Source: an uncultured Phascolarctobacterium sp. (GTDB lineage Bacteria > Bacillota > Clostridia > Oscillospirales > Acutalibacteraceae). Taken from it: a DNA stretch of 64,000 nt. Below the pieces are notes generated by a model. That model was not told where the DNA came from, did no database searches, and saw only the letters and a program-made list of their open reading frames with translations. The stretch lies in assembly GCA_963640645.1 (NCBI GenBank), contig CAVHZY010000004.1, positions 16,228 through 80,227 of the forward strand, read 5' to 3'. A program made the translations under genes and the position numbers. Below, in pieces: positions 10,087-19,305 of the stretch (the stretch's first letter is position 1; every line of letters starts with the position of its first letter).

Positions 10087-10800
10087 TTATCCGTCCAAGC
10101 CCATCAATTCCAGGGCTTCTTTGGCGGCGGCCTGCTCGGCCTGCTTCTTACTGCGGCCGGTGCCTCTGCCTATGACATTAGAGTTCAAATGGACTTCCGC
10201 ATGAAAGCGTTTATCATGGTCCGGACCGGTCTCCCCAACGTGAACATAGGTCAGCTGTTCCTCCGGATTCTTTTGAATAATCTCCTGCAACATGGTCTTG
10301 TAATCCTTAAAGGAGACCGTGTGCGTGTCCACGGCGGTCTGCACAAAGCGCAGGACAAAAGTCCGTGCCGGCTCCAGCCCGCCGTCCAGATAAATGCTGG
10401 CAATGACAGCCTCAAAGGCATCGGCCAGAATGGAGGCGCGGTCCCGGCCGCCGCTCTTTAGTTCTCCTTTTCCAAGAAGCAGGTAATCTCCTAAATCCAG
10501 CTGTCTGGAAAAGGCCTGCAGGGATTCTTCGCAGACCGTGGATGCCCGCAATTTGCTTAACCGCCCTTCCGGCATATCCCGATAATTATGGAAGAAGGAA
10601 TCTGCTGTAATGAACCCTAACACGGAATCTCCAAGGAATTCCAGGCGTTCATTGTATTTACAATTTCTGCCTTTTTCATTGGCATAGGAAGAATGCGTCA
10701 ATGCGGTATCCAGAAGTTCCAGATCCTGATAGGTATATCCTAAATTCTGTTCAAAGCGATGCAGCTCTTCTACCCTGCTTTCACTGATATCCTTATTCAT
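10087..10800 (-). CDS. rnc: ribonuclease III
   Basis: Has the HSSYANE...NERLEFLGDSVL RNase III signature plus a C-terminal dsRBD (GRSKKQAEQAAAKEAL). The start is re-assigned to ATG at 10800 (MNKDISE). The upstream 41 aa of the ORF-track product lie inside plsX. Confidence 0.93.
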   Translation of the reverse strand: MNKDISESRVEELHRFEQNLGYTYQDLELLDTALTHSSYANEKGRNCKYNERLEFLGDSVLGFITADSFFHNYRDMPEGRLSKLRASTVCEESLQAFSRQLDLGDYLLLGKGELKSGGRDRASILADAFEAVIASIYLDGGLEPARTFVLRFVQTAVDTHTVSFKDYKTMLQEIIQKNPEEQLTYVHVGETGPDHDKRFHAEVHLNSNVIGRGTGRSKKQAEQAAAKEALELMGLDG

Positions 10801-11806
10801 GAGAGGCTTCCTCCGCATCCCGTTTCGGCATGTTGTCGGCAATGGCCTGAATGGCGCCGGATTCCGCATAGGAAATGGCCTGACGGATGGCATTCTTAAA
10901 GGTTTCTGCCTTGGAAGAGCCATGGGCCTTAATTACCGGCTTCTGTACGCCAATCAGCGGGGCACCGCCGACCGCGTTGTAATCCAGTTTGCCCTTCAGT
11001 TCACCAATACCGCTTTTCACACCAAGGTAGGACAGCTTGGATAAGGTGTTTTTCATAAAAATGTTTTTGATATTTTTCAGTAACATCATGGCAACACCTT
11101 CATAGGTTTTCAGGAAAATGTTACCGGTAAAGCCGTCGGCAACCACAACGTCAACGCCGCCGAACGGAATGTCCCGTACTTCGGCATTGCCAATGAAGTT
11201 GTACTCTGTGGCATTTTTCATAATCTGATAGGCCTCTACCTGCAGATCGGTTCCCTTGTTCGGCTCTGCGCCAATGTTGGCAAGGCCAACCCGCGGATTG
11301 GCAATGCCCATTACTTTTTCCATGTAAATGCTGCCCATCATGGCAAACTGATGCAGGGCGTCCGGCGTAACCTTGGTATTTCCGCCACCGTCAATCATCA
11401 TGAAGTTGCCTTCATTGTGCGGCATAATGACACCCAGTGCCGGCTTGGCACCTTTAATGCGCTTCAGGAACAAAGTGGCACCAACTACCACTGCACCGGT
11501 GGAACCGGCGCTGACAACAGCATCTCCTTCTCCGTCTTTCAAGGCGCGAAGAGCCACAGCTAAAGAGCTGTTCTTATACTGATGCCGGATTTTCATAGGA
11601 TCTTCTTCTACCGGAATGAATCCGTCTGCATCCTTGATTTCCACGCCACTGATGTCGAGATTATTTTCAGCGGCGCAGGCCTGAATAGCCTCTTTGTCAC
11701 CGCAGAAGAGAATATCCACACCAAAAGCGTCTCTGGCTTCCAGGGAGCCCTTCAGAATTTCCAACGGAGCGTTGTCTCCGCCGAATGCGTCTACAATGAT
11801 TTTCAT
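10793..11806 (-). CDS. plsX: phosphate acyltransferase PlsX
   Basis: The family N-terminus MKIIVDAFGGDNAP follows the SD GGAGGTG. The start is re-assigned to ATG at 11806. Confidence 0.93.
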   Translation of the reverse strand: MKIIVDAFGGDNAPLEILKGSLEARDAFGVDILFCGDKEAIQACAAENNLDISGVEIKDADGFIPVEEDPMKIRHQYKNSSLAVALRALKDGEGDAVVSAGSTGAVVVGATLFLKRIKGAKPALGVIMPHNEGNFMMIDGGGNTKVTPDALHQFAMMGSIYMEKVMGIANPRVGLANIGAEPNKGTDLQVEAYQIMKNATEYNFIGNAEVRDIPFGGVDVVVADGFTGNIFLKTYEGVAMMLLKNIKNIFMKNTLSKLSYLGVKSGIGELKGKLDYNAVGGAPLIGVQKPVIKAHGSSKAETFKNAIRQAISYAESGAIQAIADNMPKRDAEEASHE

Positions 11807-11810
11807 TCTC

Positions 11811-13145
11811 TTACACCTCCTGTAAGGTATCAAAATAAGCAAGAGAGCGGGCGGCATACTGGCCGTACCGTTCTTTCTTCTGTCTTGGCGGATTTTCCAG
11901 CGGTGGCAGGACACCAAAGTTGGCACCCATCGGCTGGAAATCCGTAACTGCCGGATTGCTGATGTAGGCACTGAGTGCCCCCATCATGGTGTAGTCCGGC
12001 AATATAAAAGCCTCTTTCTGCTGTAAAAAGCGAACCGCATTTATGCCGGCCAGGATGCCGGACATGGCCGATTCCATGTAGCCTTCTACGCCGGTAATCT
12101 GTCCGGCAAAAAAGAGTCCTTTTTGTGTGCGAAACTGAAAGTCCGGTCCAAGCAGCTGGGGGGACTGCAAGTAAGTATTGCGATGCATAACGCCATATCG
12201 CAAAAATTCTGCCTGTTCCAGTCCGGGGATCATGGAAAAGACCCGTTTTTGTTCCCCAAATTTCAGGTTGGTCTGGAACCCGACCAGATTATACATGCTG
12301 CCCTCTTTCGTTTCCTTCCGGAGCTGTAAAACAGCCCAGGGACGGTGGCCGGTCCGGGGGTCACGTAAACCAACGGGCTTTAAAGGGCCAAATCGCATGG
12401 TATCCGGGCCACGGGAAGCCATGACTTCAATGGGCATGCAGCCTTCATACACGTCTTTGCGCTTGTCAAAAGAGTGCAGGGGCGCACTTTCAGCAGTAAT
12501 CAGGGCCTGATAAAAGGCTTCATACTCCTCTTTGTTCATGGGGCAGTTCAGGTAGTCCTCTTCTCCGCCGCGGTCATATCTGGACTGGGCAAAGGCTTTG
12601 GTACGGTCTATGCTGTCTCCGCTGACAATAGGAGCAACGGCATCATAAAAATGCAGGCCTTCCCCGCACAGGGTTTGAATTTCTTTGGAAAGGGCTTCCG
12701 AAGCCAGTGGTCCGGCGGCTACAACAACTACGTCTGCATCTACACCCGGTTTTGGCAAAACAGTAACTTCTTCCCGGTGCACCACAATGTCTGGCTCCGC
12801 CAGAATTTTTTCAGTTACCAGTTCTGAAAACTGATCACGGTTAACCGACAGGGATCCTCCCGCCGGAACGGCGGTGGCCTTGGCGCAGGACACGCAAAGA
12901 GACTGCAGGCGGCTCATTTCTTCCTTCATCAGCCCGGCCGCGCTTTCCACGCGGGCGGCTTTGAAGGAATTGGAACAAATGAGCTCCGCAAAGGTCTCTT
13001 TTTGGTGGGCCGGAGAAAATTTGACCGGCTTCATTTCATACAGATGCGTTTTTACTCCGGCCCGTGCCAGCTGCATGGCAGCCTCCGTTCCGGCGAATCC
13101 CGCTCCTATGACAATGGCTTTATTCTGCGCTGTCAGTTTCTGCAT
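11811..13145 (-). CDS. trmFO: methylenetetrahydrofolate--tRNA-(uracil54-C5)-methyltransferase TrmFO
   Basis: FAD-binding motif VIGAGFAGTEAA and GidA-like fold. It sits in the conserved dprA-topA-trmFO order. The start is probably ATG at 13145 (MQKLTAQ), which overlaps the end of topA. Confidence 0.9.
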   Translation of the reverse strand: MQKLTAQNKAIVIGAGFAGTEAAMQLARAGVKTHLYEMKPVKFSPAHQKETFAELICSNSFKAARVESAAGLMKEEMSRLQSLCVSCAKATAVPAGGSLSVNRDQFSELVTEKILAEPDIVVHREEVTVLPKPGVDADVVVVAAGPLASEALSKEIQTLCGEGLHFYDAVAPIVSGDSIDRTKAFAQSRYDRGGEEDYLNCPMNKEEYEAFYQALITAESAPLHSFDKRKDVYEGCMPIEVMASRGPDTMRFGPLKPVGLRDPRTGHRPWAVLQLRKETKEGSMYNLVGFQTNLKFGEQKRVFSMIPGLEQAEFLRYGVMHRNTYLQSPQLLGPDFQFRTQKGLFFAGQITGVEGYMESAMSGILAGINAVRFLQQKEAFILPDYTMMGALSAYISNPAVTDFQPMGANFGVLPPLENPPRQKKERYGQYAARSLAYFDTLQEV

Positions 13146-15237
13146 TCTTTGCCTTTCTCTTTCTTTGTACGGCCTGCTCATAACCGCAGCCTTCTTTCAG
13201 GCAGACCAGGTTGCCTTTCTGCTTAAACAGGCTGGAGCCGCACTGTGGACATTTTTCTTCCGTAGGAACATCCCAGGTGCTGAAGTCACAGTTTGGATAG
13301 TTATTGCATCCGTAGAACACATATCCCTTTTTGGATTTTCTCTGGATGACCTTCCCACCACACTTCGGGCAGGTTGCCGCCGTTTCTATAATCAGCGGTT
13401 TGGTATTCTTACATTCCGGATATCCCGGGCAGGCCAGGAACCGTCCGTAACGGCCGGTCTTAATAACCATCATACGGCCGCATTTTTCACACGGAATATC
13501 GGTTTTATCCGATTCCAGCTCAATTTTCTGTCCGTCCATGTCCACTTTGGCTTTTTTCAAAGTGGCCTCCAAATCATCATAAAAGCTTTGGAGCAGTTCA
13601 ATGTATTCGGCTTTGCCATCGGCAATTTCGTCCAGGGATGCTTCCATGGAAGCCGTAAATTTAGTATTTACAAATTTAGGAAATTCTTTTTCCAAAAGTT
13701 TGGTAACTGCCTGACCCAGTTCCGTTGGTTTCAGCGTTTTACCGTCTCGCACAATATATTCCCGGCTTAACACCGTGGAAATAATGGAAGCATACGTAGA
13801 TGGACGGCCAATGCCGTTTTCTTCCAGGGCCTTAACCAGGGATGCTTCGGTATAACGGGCCGGTGGCTGTGTGAAGTGCTGATTTCCAAGCAATTCCTTC
13901 GGCTTTACCTGATCTCCTACCTTCAGATCCGGCAGAACGGAGCCGGCCTTTTCTTCGTCCAGGTCATACAGGCGGGTAAAACCGTCGAACTTGACGCTGT
14001 ATCCGCTGGCAGAGAACAGGCAGAAACCTTCGGTTCCATCCTTTTCTGCTTTAATTTCCACTTTCAGGGTGTTCTGAACGCAGACTGCCATCATGCAGGC
14101 CAGGAAGCGCTGCCAAATCAGCTTATACAGCTTGTATTGGTCCGAAGTCAAAGAGCCTCTGACGTCATCCGGGGTCAGGGTAATGTCTGTAGGACGAATG
14201 GCTTCATGGGCATCCTGTGCATTGTTCCGCGATTTGAAATACCGCGGTTTTTCCGGCAGATATTCCGGGCCATAGGTAGTTTTAATATAATCGGCAGCGG
14301 AGGCGCGGGCTTCTTCGGAAATACGGAGAGAGTCCGTTCTCATATACGTAATCAGACCAATCTGCTTGCCCTGAATATTAACGCCTTCATATAACTCCTG
14401 TGCCACTTTCATGGTTCTGCGCGTCTGGAAGTTCAGTCGGCGGGACGCATCCTGTTGTAGGGTGGAAGTAATAAAGGGCGGTGCCGGCTGTTTCCGACGT
14501 GTTCCTTTCTTAACCGTATCCACTTTAAAAGTGGCGCCGTCCAACCGGGCAAGATAAGCATCGGACTGCTCTTTATTCTTAATTTCTACTTTTCCCTGTT
14601 CATCCGAAGTCAGGGCTGCCGCAAAGGCTTTCCGACTGGCAGGAGGAGTAAATTTTGCGTCAATGCTCCAATATTCTTCCGGCTTGAATGCATTAATCTT
14701 TTCTTCCCGATCTACAATCAGGCGAAGGGCCACAGACTGTACCCGTCCGGCGGACAGTCCGCGACGGATCTTCTGGGAAACAAACGGGCTGATCCGGTAA
14801 CCAACCAGGCGGTCCAGAATTCGTCTGGCCTGCTGGGCATTGACCAGATCCATGTCAATGGTATGCGGATGCTTCATGCCCTCTTCAATTCCGGTTTTGG
14901 TAATTTCGTTGAAGGTAACACGGTTGGTTTCCTTTGGGTCCAGGTCAAGGAGGGTGGCAAGGTGCCAAGAAATGGCCTCCCCTTCCCGGTCAGGGTCCGT
15001 TGCAAGGTAAACCCTGTCATGCGTGGCAGCGGCTTCTTTCAGTTCCTTTACCAGCTTTTCCTTTCCTTTAATAACGGCATATTTCGGCTCAAAGTTGTTT
15101 TTTACATCAACATTAAGCTTTGCGGCCGGAAGGTCCCGCACATGACCCATAGAGGCCACTACGTCATAATCCTTACCCAGGATAGACTGAATGGTCTTGG
15201 TCTTGGTCGGTGACTCTACAATAATCAGATTTGACAT
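13120..15237 (-). CDS. topA: DNA topoisomerase I
   Basis: Toprim motifs (LIIVESPTK, ATDPDREGE), active-site Tyr context ITYMRTDS, and three C-terminal Cys4 zinc ribbons. Confidence 0.96.
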   Translation of the reverse strand: MSNLIIVESPTKTKTIQSILGKDYDVVASMGHVRDLPAAKLNVDVKNNFEPKYAVIKGKEKLVKELKEAAATHDRVYLATDPDREGEAISWHLATLLDLDPKETNRVTFNEITKTGIEEGMKHPHTIDMDLVNAQQARRILDRLVGYRISPFVSQKIRRGLSAGRVQSVALRLIVDREEKINAFKPEEYWSIDAKFTPPASRKAFAAALTSDEQGKVEIKNKEQSDAYLARLDGATFKVDTVKKGTRRKQPAPPFITSTLQQDASRRLNFQTRRTMKVAQELYEGVNIQGKQIGLITYMRTDSLRISEEARASAADYIKTTYGPEYLPEKPRYFKSRNNAQDAHEAIRPTDITLTPDDVRGSLTSDQYKLYKLIWQRFLACMMAVCVQNTLKVEIKAEKDGTEGFCLFSASGYSVKFDGFTRLYDLDEEKAGSVLPDLKVGDQVKPKELLGNQHFTQPPARYTEASLVKALEENGIGRPSTYASIISTVLSREYIVRDGKTLKPTELGQAVTKLLEKEFPKFVNTKFTASMEASLDEIADGKAEYIELLQSFYDDLEATLKKAKVDMDGQKIELESDKTDIPCEKCGRMMVIKTGRYGRFLACPGYPECKNTKPLIIETAATCPKCGGKVIQRKSKKGYVFYGCNNYPNCDFSTWDVPTEEKCPQCGSSLFKQKGNLVCLKEGCGYEQAVQRKRKAKNAETDSAE

Positions 15238-15240
15238 GTT

Positions 15241-16446
15241 TTAACCATCCTGTTTCAAAGTATAGTTTCTGTCGGACTGCAGTTGCAGGTAGCCCAGAAG
15301 CTCCAGCTCCGTCAGGGCGCCAAGCAGGCGATTCACCGGCAACGCGGTCTTGGTTAGCAATAATTCTATGCTGAGCGGGCAACCGGAAAAGCAGTCATAA
15401 ACCACTCTGGCATCTGCCGTAACCGGGTCCGTTAGTTCCTTTTTCTGTTCCTTTTCTTTGGCGAAGTACGCCTCTTCAATCTGCGGTGTTTTCAAATTGG
15501 GAAGAGCGCCCCAATTTTCCTGTTCCACCACATTCTGTAGCAAAAGCGGAAGCTGTTCTTCCGGAATCTGAATGTAACTACCATAAGATGCCTGTAATTG
15601 TGCAATCACATCCATAGGGCAGTTGACACAAGTGGCTCCGTCTGCCAGTAAATCTTCCGCGCCGGCATAGGCAGATCCAAGCGCCTGGCCGGGAACAGCC
15701 ATGACTTCCCGGTCATATAAACCGGCATCCCTTGCCGTTAAGAGGGAACCGCTTTTTCTGCCTGCTTCCACCACCAGAGTGCCAACCGTCATGCCGGCAA
15801 TAATGCGATTTCGGTTAGGAAAAGTGCCTTTGTGCGGTTCGTCCTGCGGATTGGTTTCAGAAAGCAATAAGCCATTGGTGGCAATTACCTTACGCAGGTC
15901 CTTGTTGGATTGCAGGTAGTGAGACAAAAATCCTCCGCCAAGAACAGCTACAGTCGGCGCACCGGCTGCCAGCGCACCCAAATGCGCTGCAGAGTCAATT
16001 CCCAAAGCTCCGCCGCTACAAATAACAAAGTTGCAGGCGGAAAGGCGTTCAGCCAGCAAAGAGGTGGCATGCTTACTGCGAAGACCCGGTTTCCTGGTGC
16101 CTACAATAGCAAAAGGTAAGCGTTGTTGCAAGACCGCGGTATTTCCTTTGGCATATAACAGCACCGGATAATCCGGAATTTGCAGAAGCAGTGGCGGATA
16201 TTCCAAATCTTCCGGTGTTAAGAGGTCTATCCCTTCTTTGGCACAAAGTTCCAGTTGCCGGTAACTTTCGGCAAGCGGAAGTTGGTTCATCCGTTCCAAT
16301 GTACCCGGGGAAAATAAGCCACTGGCTGACCTTGCAGAATCCTCATAGATTTCCTGTGGCCCGCCATAAAAGCGAAAGATGTCTGCAGATTTAGATCTGG
16401 CAGGCAGACAATCATGGAGCCAGATCCAGTAATTCAGTTGTTTCAT
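15241..16446 (-). CDS. dprA: DNA processing protein DprA
   Basis: Rossmann-like DprA core (AIVGTRKP...SGGALGIDSAAH...GTFPNRNRIIAG). It lies upstream of topA as in Bacillus smf-topA. Confidence 0.88.
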   Translation of the reverse strand: MKQLNYWIWLHDCLPARSKSADIFRFYGGPQEIYEDSARSASGLFSPGTLERMNQLPLAESYRQLELCAKEGIDLLTPEDLEYPPLLLQIPDYPVLLYAKGNTAVLQQRLPFAIVGTRKPGLRSKHATSLLAERLSACNFVICSGGALGIDSAAHLGALAAGAPTVAVLGGGFLSHYLQSNKDLRKVIATNGLLLSETNPQDEPHKGTFPNRNRIIAGMTVGTLVVEAGRKSGSLLTARDAGLYDREVMAVPGQALGSAYAGAEDLLADGATCVNCPMDVIAQLQASYGSYIQIPEEQLPLLLQNVVEQENWGALPNLKTPQIEEAYFAKEKEQKKELTDPVTADARVVYDCFSGCPLSIELLLTKTALPVNRLLGALTELELLGYLQLQSDRNYTLKQDG

Positions 16447-17227
16447 ACGGTTTCACCATTTCCCACATCAGGATGGAGGCTGCTGCCCCCGCATTCAGTG
16501 ACTCCGCTCTGCCGGCCATAGGTATGGTAATCAGGCATTGACAACACTGGAGCGTTTCTTCGGTAATCCCGTTGGCTTCGTTGCCGACAACGCAAAGGAC
16601 ACCACCGCTGAAATCTGCGGCTGTAACCGGAATTGCGTCTGTCCGCGGTGTGGAAGCATACGTCTTTAACCCAAGACTTGCTGCGGTCAGGATTGTTTTT
16701 GTTACCTCTGTGGTTTGGTAAACGGGAAGTCTGAGCAAAGCACCCATAGAAGCGCGCAGTGCTTTCGGACTATATCTGTCACAGCCGCCGGAAACCAGTA
16801 GACCGGTTAGCCCAAGAGCTTCCGCTGTGCGGCTGATGGCACCCAGATTAGCCGGATCCTGTACATTTTCCAGTAACAGGTATTTTCCGGTTGGGGACAG
16901 GGGTTCTTCTTTTTGCTCCGGTATCCGGACCACACAGTAGACACCCTGGCTGTGGCTTGTGTCAGACAACTTGGCTGCCACTGCTTCCGTAACCAAATAA
17001 GATGCCACACTGTGTGCCTGCAGGGACGCAATTTCCGCGCCATTTTTATCCGCGGCCTTTTCTGTAAAATACAGTTCTTCCGCCTGTAATCCGGAACGAA
17101 GCAGATCCAGGCAAAGCCGCAAGCCTTCCAGCACAAACAGCCCGGCTTTTTCCCGGGCTCCGGCGGAAGCATTCAGCTTAACAACCTGTTTAATTTTCGG
17201 GTTGGAAACACTGGAAATAACGTCCAT
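16412..17227 (-). CDS. TrmH/SpoU-family RNA 2'-O-methyltransferase
   Basis: SpoU motifs LLLENVQDPANLGAISRTAEA, VVGNEANGI and IPMAGRAESLNAGAAASILMWE. Confidence 0.8.
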   Translation of the reverse strand: MDVISSVSNPKIKQVVKLNASAGAREKAGLFVLEGLRLCLDLLRSGLQAEELYFTEKAADKNGAEIASLQAHSVASYLVTEAVAAKLSDTSHSQGVYCVVRIPEQKEEPLSPTGKYLLLENVQDPANLGAISRTAEALGLTGLLVSGGCDRYSPKALRASMGALLRLPVYQTTEVTKTILTAASLGLKTYASTPRTDAIPVTAADFSGGVLCVVGNEANGITEETLQCCQCLITIPMAGRAESLNAGAAASILMWEMVKPYETTELLDLAP

Positions 17228-17246
17228 TTATCTGACCCCTTATAAA

Positions 17247-17280
17247 GTAAAAAGCACGCCCGCGTACGCGCGCGGACGTG
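17247..17280 (-). terminator. intrinsic terminator after rplT
   Basis: On the minus strand, a GC-rich hairpin CACGUCCGCG-cgcgua-CGCGGGCGUG is followed by CUUUUUACUUU. Confidence 0.75.
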
Positions 17281-17292
17281 TAAGTTATGTTC

Positions 17293-17649
17293 TTATTTCA
17301 GTGCGGCTTTGGCCTGCTCTGTCAGAGCGGTGAAAGCAGCCGGATCAGAAATAGCAATTTCGGAAAGCATCTTTCTGTTCAGATCAATGCCGGCCTTCTT
17401 CAGTCCGTTCATGAAGGTGGAGTAATTCATGCCGTTGGCTTTGCAACCGGCAGAAATTCTGGAAATCCAGAGACGACGGAAATCACGCTTTTTCTGTTTA
17501 CGGCCAATGTAAGCATACTGGCCAGATTTCATAACTGCTTCTTTTGCAGTCTTGAACAGCTTGGACTTGGAGCCGTAGTAGCCCTTTGCCATTTTTAATG
17601 TTTTATTTCTTCTCTTGCGAGTCATCATTGCGCCCTTAACACGAGCCAT
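17293..17649 (-). CDS. rplT: 50S ribosomal protein L20
   Basis: 118 aa, starting [16 protein letters not shown]. It is the last gene of the infC-rpmI-rplT operon. Confidence 0.97.
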   Translation of the reverse strand: MARVKGAMMTRKRRNKTLKMAKGYYGSKSKLFKTAKEAVMKSGQYAYIGRKQKKRDFRRLWISRISAGCKANGMNYSTFMNGLKKAGIDLNRKMLSEIAISDPAAFTALTEQAKAALK

Positions 17650-17703
17650 AGTTGTTTACCTCCAATAATTCGTTGTCATGCAGCTTTGGCTGCAGGGTTC
17701 TTC

Positions 17704-17901
17704 TTATTTATAAGGAACCATCTGCTTGATAGCCTTCTGGTTGGTCTTGTCGGCAACCTGCTGCTGGCGCAGAGTTCTCTTTCTCTTGGTGTTCTTCTTG
17801 GTAAGAATGTGGGATTTGTTGGCATGAGCCATCTTCGGCTTGCCGTTTGCGGACATTTTAAAACGTTTTTTTGCTCCGCTGTGAGTCTTAATCTTCGGCA
17901 T
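17704..17901 (-). CDS. rpmI: 50S ribosomal protein L35
   Basis: 65 aa, starting [15 protein letters not shown]. Confidence 0.97.
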   Translation of the reverse strand: MPKIKTHSGAKKRFKMSANGKPKMAHANKSHILTKKNTKRKRTLRQQQVADKTNQKAIKQMVPYK

Positions 17902-17919
17902 GGGTTTCTTCCTCCTTAA

Positions 17920-18495
17920 TTATTCCTGAGCTGCATTGGAATCTGCTTTCTGCTGCGGCTTCTGTTTCTTGGGTGGTTTTGCGGTTTTTGCCGCAAGGAA
18001 CATCAGCATCTGACGACCTTCCAGCTTGGCGGCTTTTTCCACGGTGGCATATTCAGAACAAACTTCAGCAAATTTTTCCATGGTAACCTTACCGGCTTCC
18101 GGATGTGCCATTTCCCGGCCCCGGAAACGAATGGAAACTTTTACCTTGTTGCCGGCCTTTAAAAATTTAATGGCCTGATTTGCTTTGGTGTCAAAGTCGT
18201 GTTTGTCAATTTTCAGGGAAAGACGTACTTCCTTGATTTCAACCGTATGCTGGTTTTTCTTGGCCTCTTTTTCCCGTTTTGATTGCTCAAAGCGGTACTT
18301 GCCATAGTCCATGATTTTGCACACAGGCGGTTTTGCCTGCGGGGCAACCTTAACCAAGTCCAGGTTTTTCTGTTCAGCCAGGTGAAGAGCGTCTCTGGAA
18401 GACATAATGCCCAGCTGCTCTCCGTCAGCGGAAATAACGCGGACTTCCCGATCCCGGATTTGTTCGTTTACCTGTGTCATGTCTTTGTTGCTAAT
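17920..18495 (-). CDS. infC: translation initiation factor IF-3 (ATT start)
   Basis: IF-3 N- and C-domains are present (INEQIRDREVRVI...). The in-frame ATT at 18495 lies 7-9 nt after GGAGGTG, and the 22 aa upstream of it in the ORF-track product are not IF-3-like. The next ATG is at 18480. Confidence 0.9.
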   Translation of the reverse strand: MSNKDMTQVNEQIRDREVRVISADGEQLGIMSSRDALHLAEQKNLDLVKVAPQAKPPVCKIMDYGKYRFEQSKREKEAKKNQHTVEIKEVRLSLKIDKHDFDTKANQAIKFLKAGNKVKVSIRFRGREMAHPEAGKVTMEKFAEVCSEYATVEKAAKLEGRQMLMFLAAKTAKPPKKQKPQQKADSNAAQE

Positions 18496-18668
18496 GTTCA
18501 AGCACCTCCAATGCGTGATAATAAACGAAAACACGGACAGAAAATAATCCCGTCCGTGCAATACTCTTTTGGAATATTGACCTGCGAAAGACGAAACCCG
18601 GCAGGTGAGAACGGTTCTGTTCTGCTTTGTTGTGCTACTAATTTAACACTGCTCTTCCCCGTTGTCAA
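18496..18668 (-). promoter_or_regulatory. infC operon promoter plus L20-type leader with attenuator hairpin
   Basis: On the minus strand: -35 TTGACA (18663-18668), a 17-nt spacer, -10 TAAATT (18640-18645). A ~100-nt leader follows, ending in the hairpin CACGGAC...GUCCGUG (18532-18558) and UUUUCGUUUAUU just upstream of the infC SD. Confidence 0.55.
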
Positions 18669-18669
18669 G

Positions 18670-19305
18670 CTAAAACAGGCGGCTTTTTGAGGAAGACCAG
18701 TTCATTTCGTCCGCTACCAGTAAAGCGCGGCACGGTGCGGCCTCCAGGCCGTCCCATTTAACCGGTTGTGCAAACAGGAAAAACTCTCCGTCCCGCTCCA
18801 CCTTAGACAAATCCAGGCCCTCTAACAGAACGGCATCCTGTGCCATTAAGTCCCGGTACGGAGACAGGTTGGTGGTGCCGTCTCCAAGGAAGCCTTCAAA
18901 GCCAATTAGTTGGTAACCGATGGCGGCAATATCTTCGGCTGCTCCGGCAAAGAAGAAAAGCGGTTCCCCGTTTTCCGTACGCAGGATCAGCCGGCGGGCA
19001 TTCCAGGGAAAATAATTTTCCACGACTTCTCCGGTAATGATGGGGGACGGCACTGTCAGCACCGTGACCGGGCCAATTGTTTTTGCTAAAGACAACGTAT
19101 CTGTGGAAAGATCATCCGAGTCATCTTCTCCAAAGACATAGGCCGGTGTCAGAATGTGCGTTCCCATCTGGCAGGAGGCATATACGGCACTTTGATTGTA
19201 TTCATCTCCATACGCCAGGCGATTCAGCTTTTGAATTTTTGGTTCCGGTTCCGTAGGTTTTCTTGCAGCGGTAAATCCTTCTTTGGAAATGTCTATGATC
19301 TTCAT
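18670..19305 (-). CDS. hypothetical protein, cyclase/kynurenine-formamidase-like with a degenerate metal motif
   Basis: 211 aa. The N-terminus MKIIDIS and the segment CQMGTHILTPAY resemble the HxGTHxDxPxH core of the putative cyclase family, but the flanking His/Asp residues are missing. It overlaps the upstream gene by 4 nt. Confidence 0.4.
   Translation of the reverse strand: MKIIDISKEGFTAARKPTEPEPKIQKLNRLAYGDEYNQSAVYASCQMGTHILTPAYVFGEDDSDDLSTDTLSLAKTIGPVTVLTVPSPIITGEVVENYFPWNARRLILRTENGEPLFFFAGAAEDIAAIGYQLIGFEGFLGDGTTNLSPYRDLMAQDAVLLEGLDLSKVERDGEFFLFAQPVKWDGLEAAPCRALLVADEMNWSSSKSRLF

Noticed and set aside
6219-10461. A series of plus-strand ORFs (362, 179, 159, 148 and 241 aa, among others) across ftsY, smc and rnc.
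   Set aside because: All are antisense to well-supported genes. Their products are repetitive and Ser/Phe/Leu/Arg-rich, reflecting the coiled-coil codon repetition of smc.
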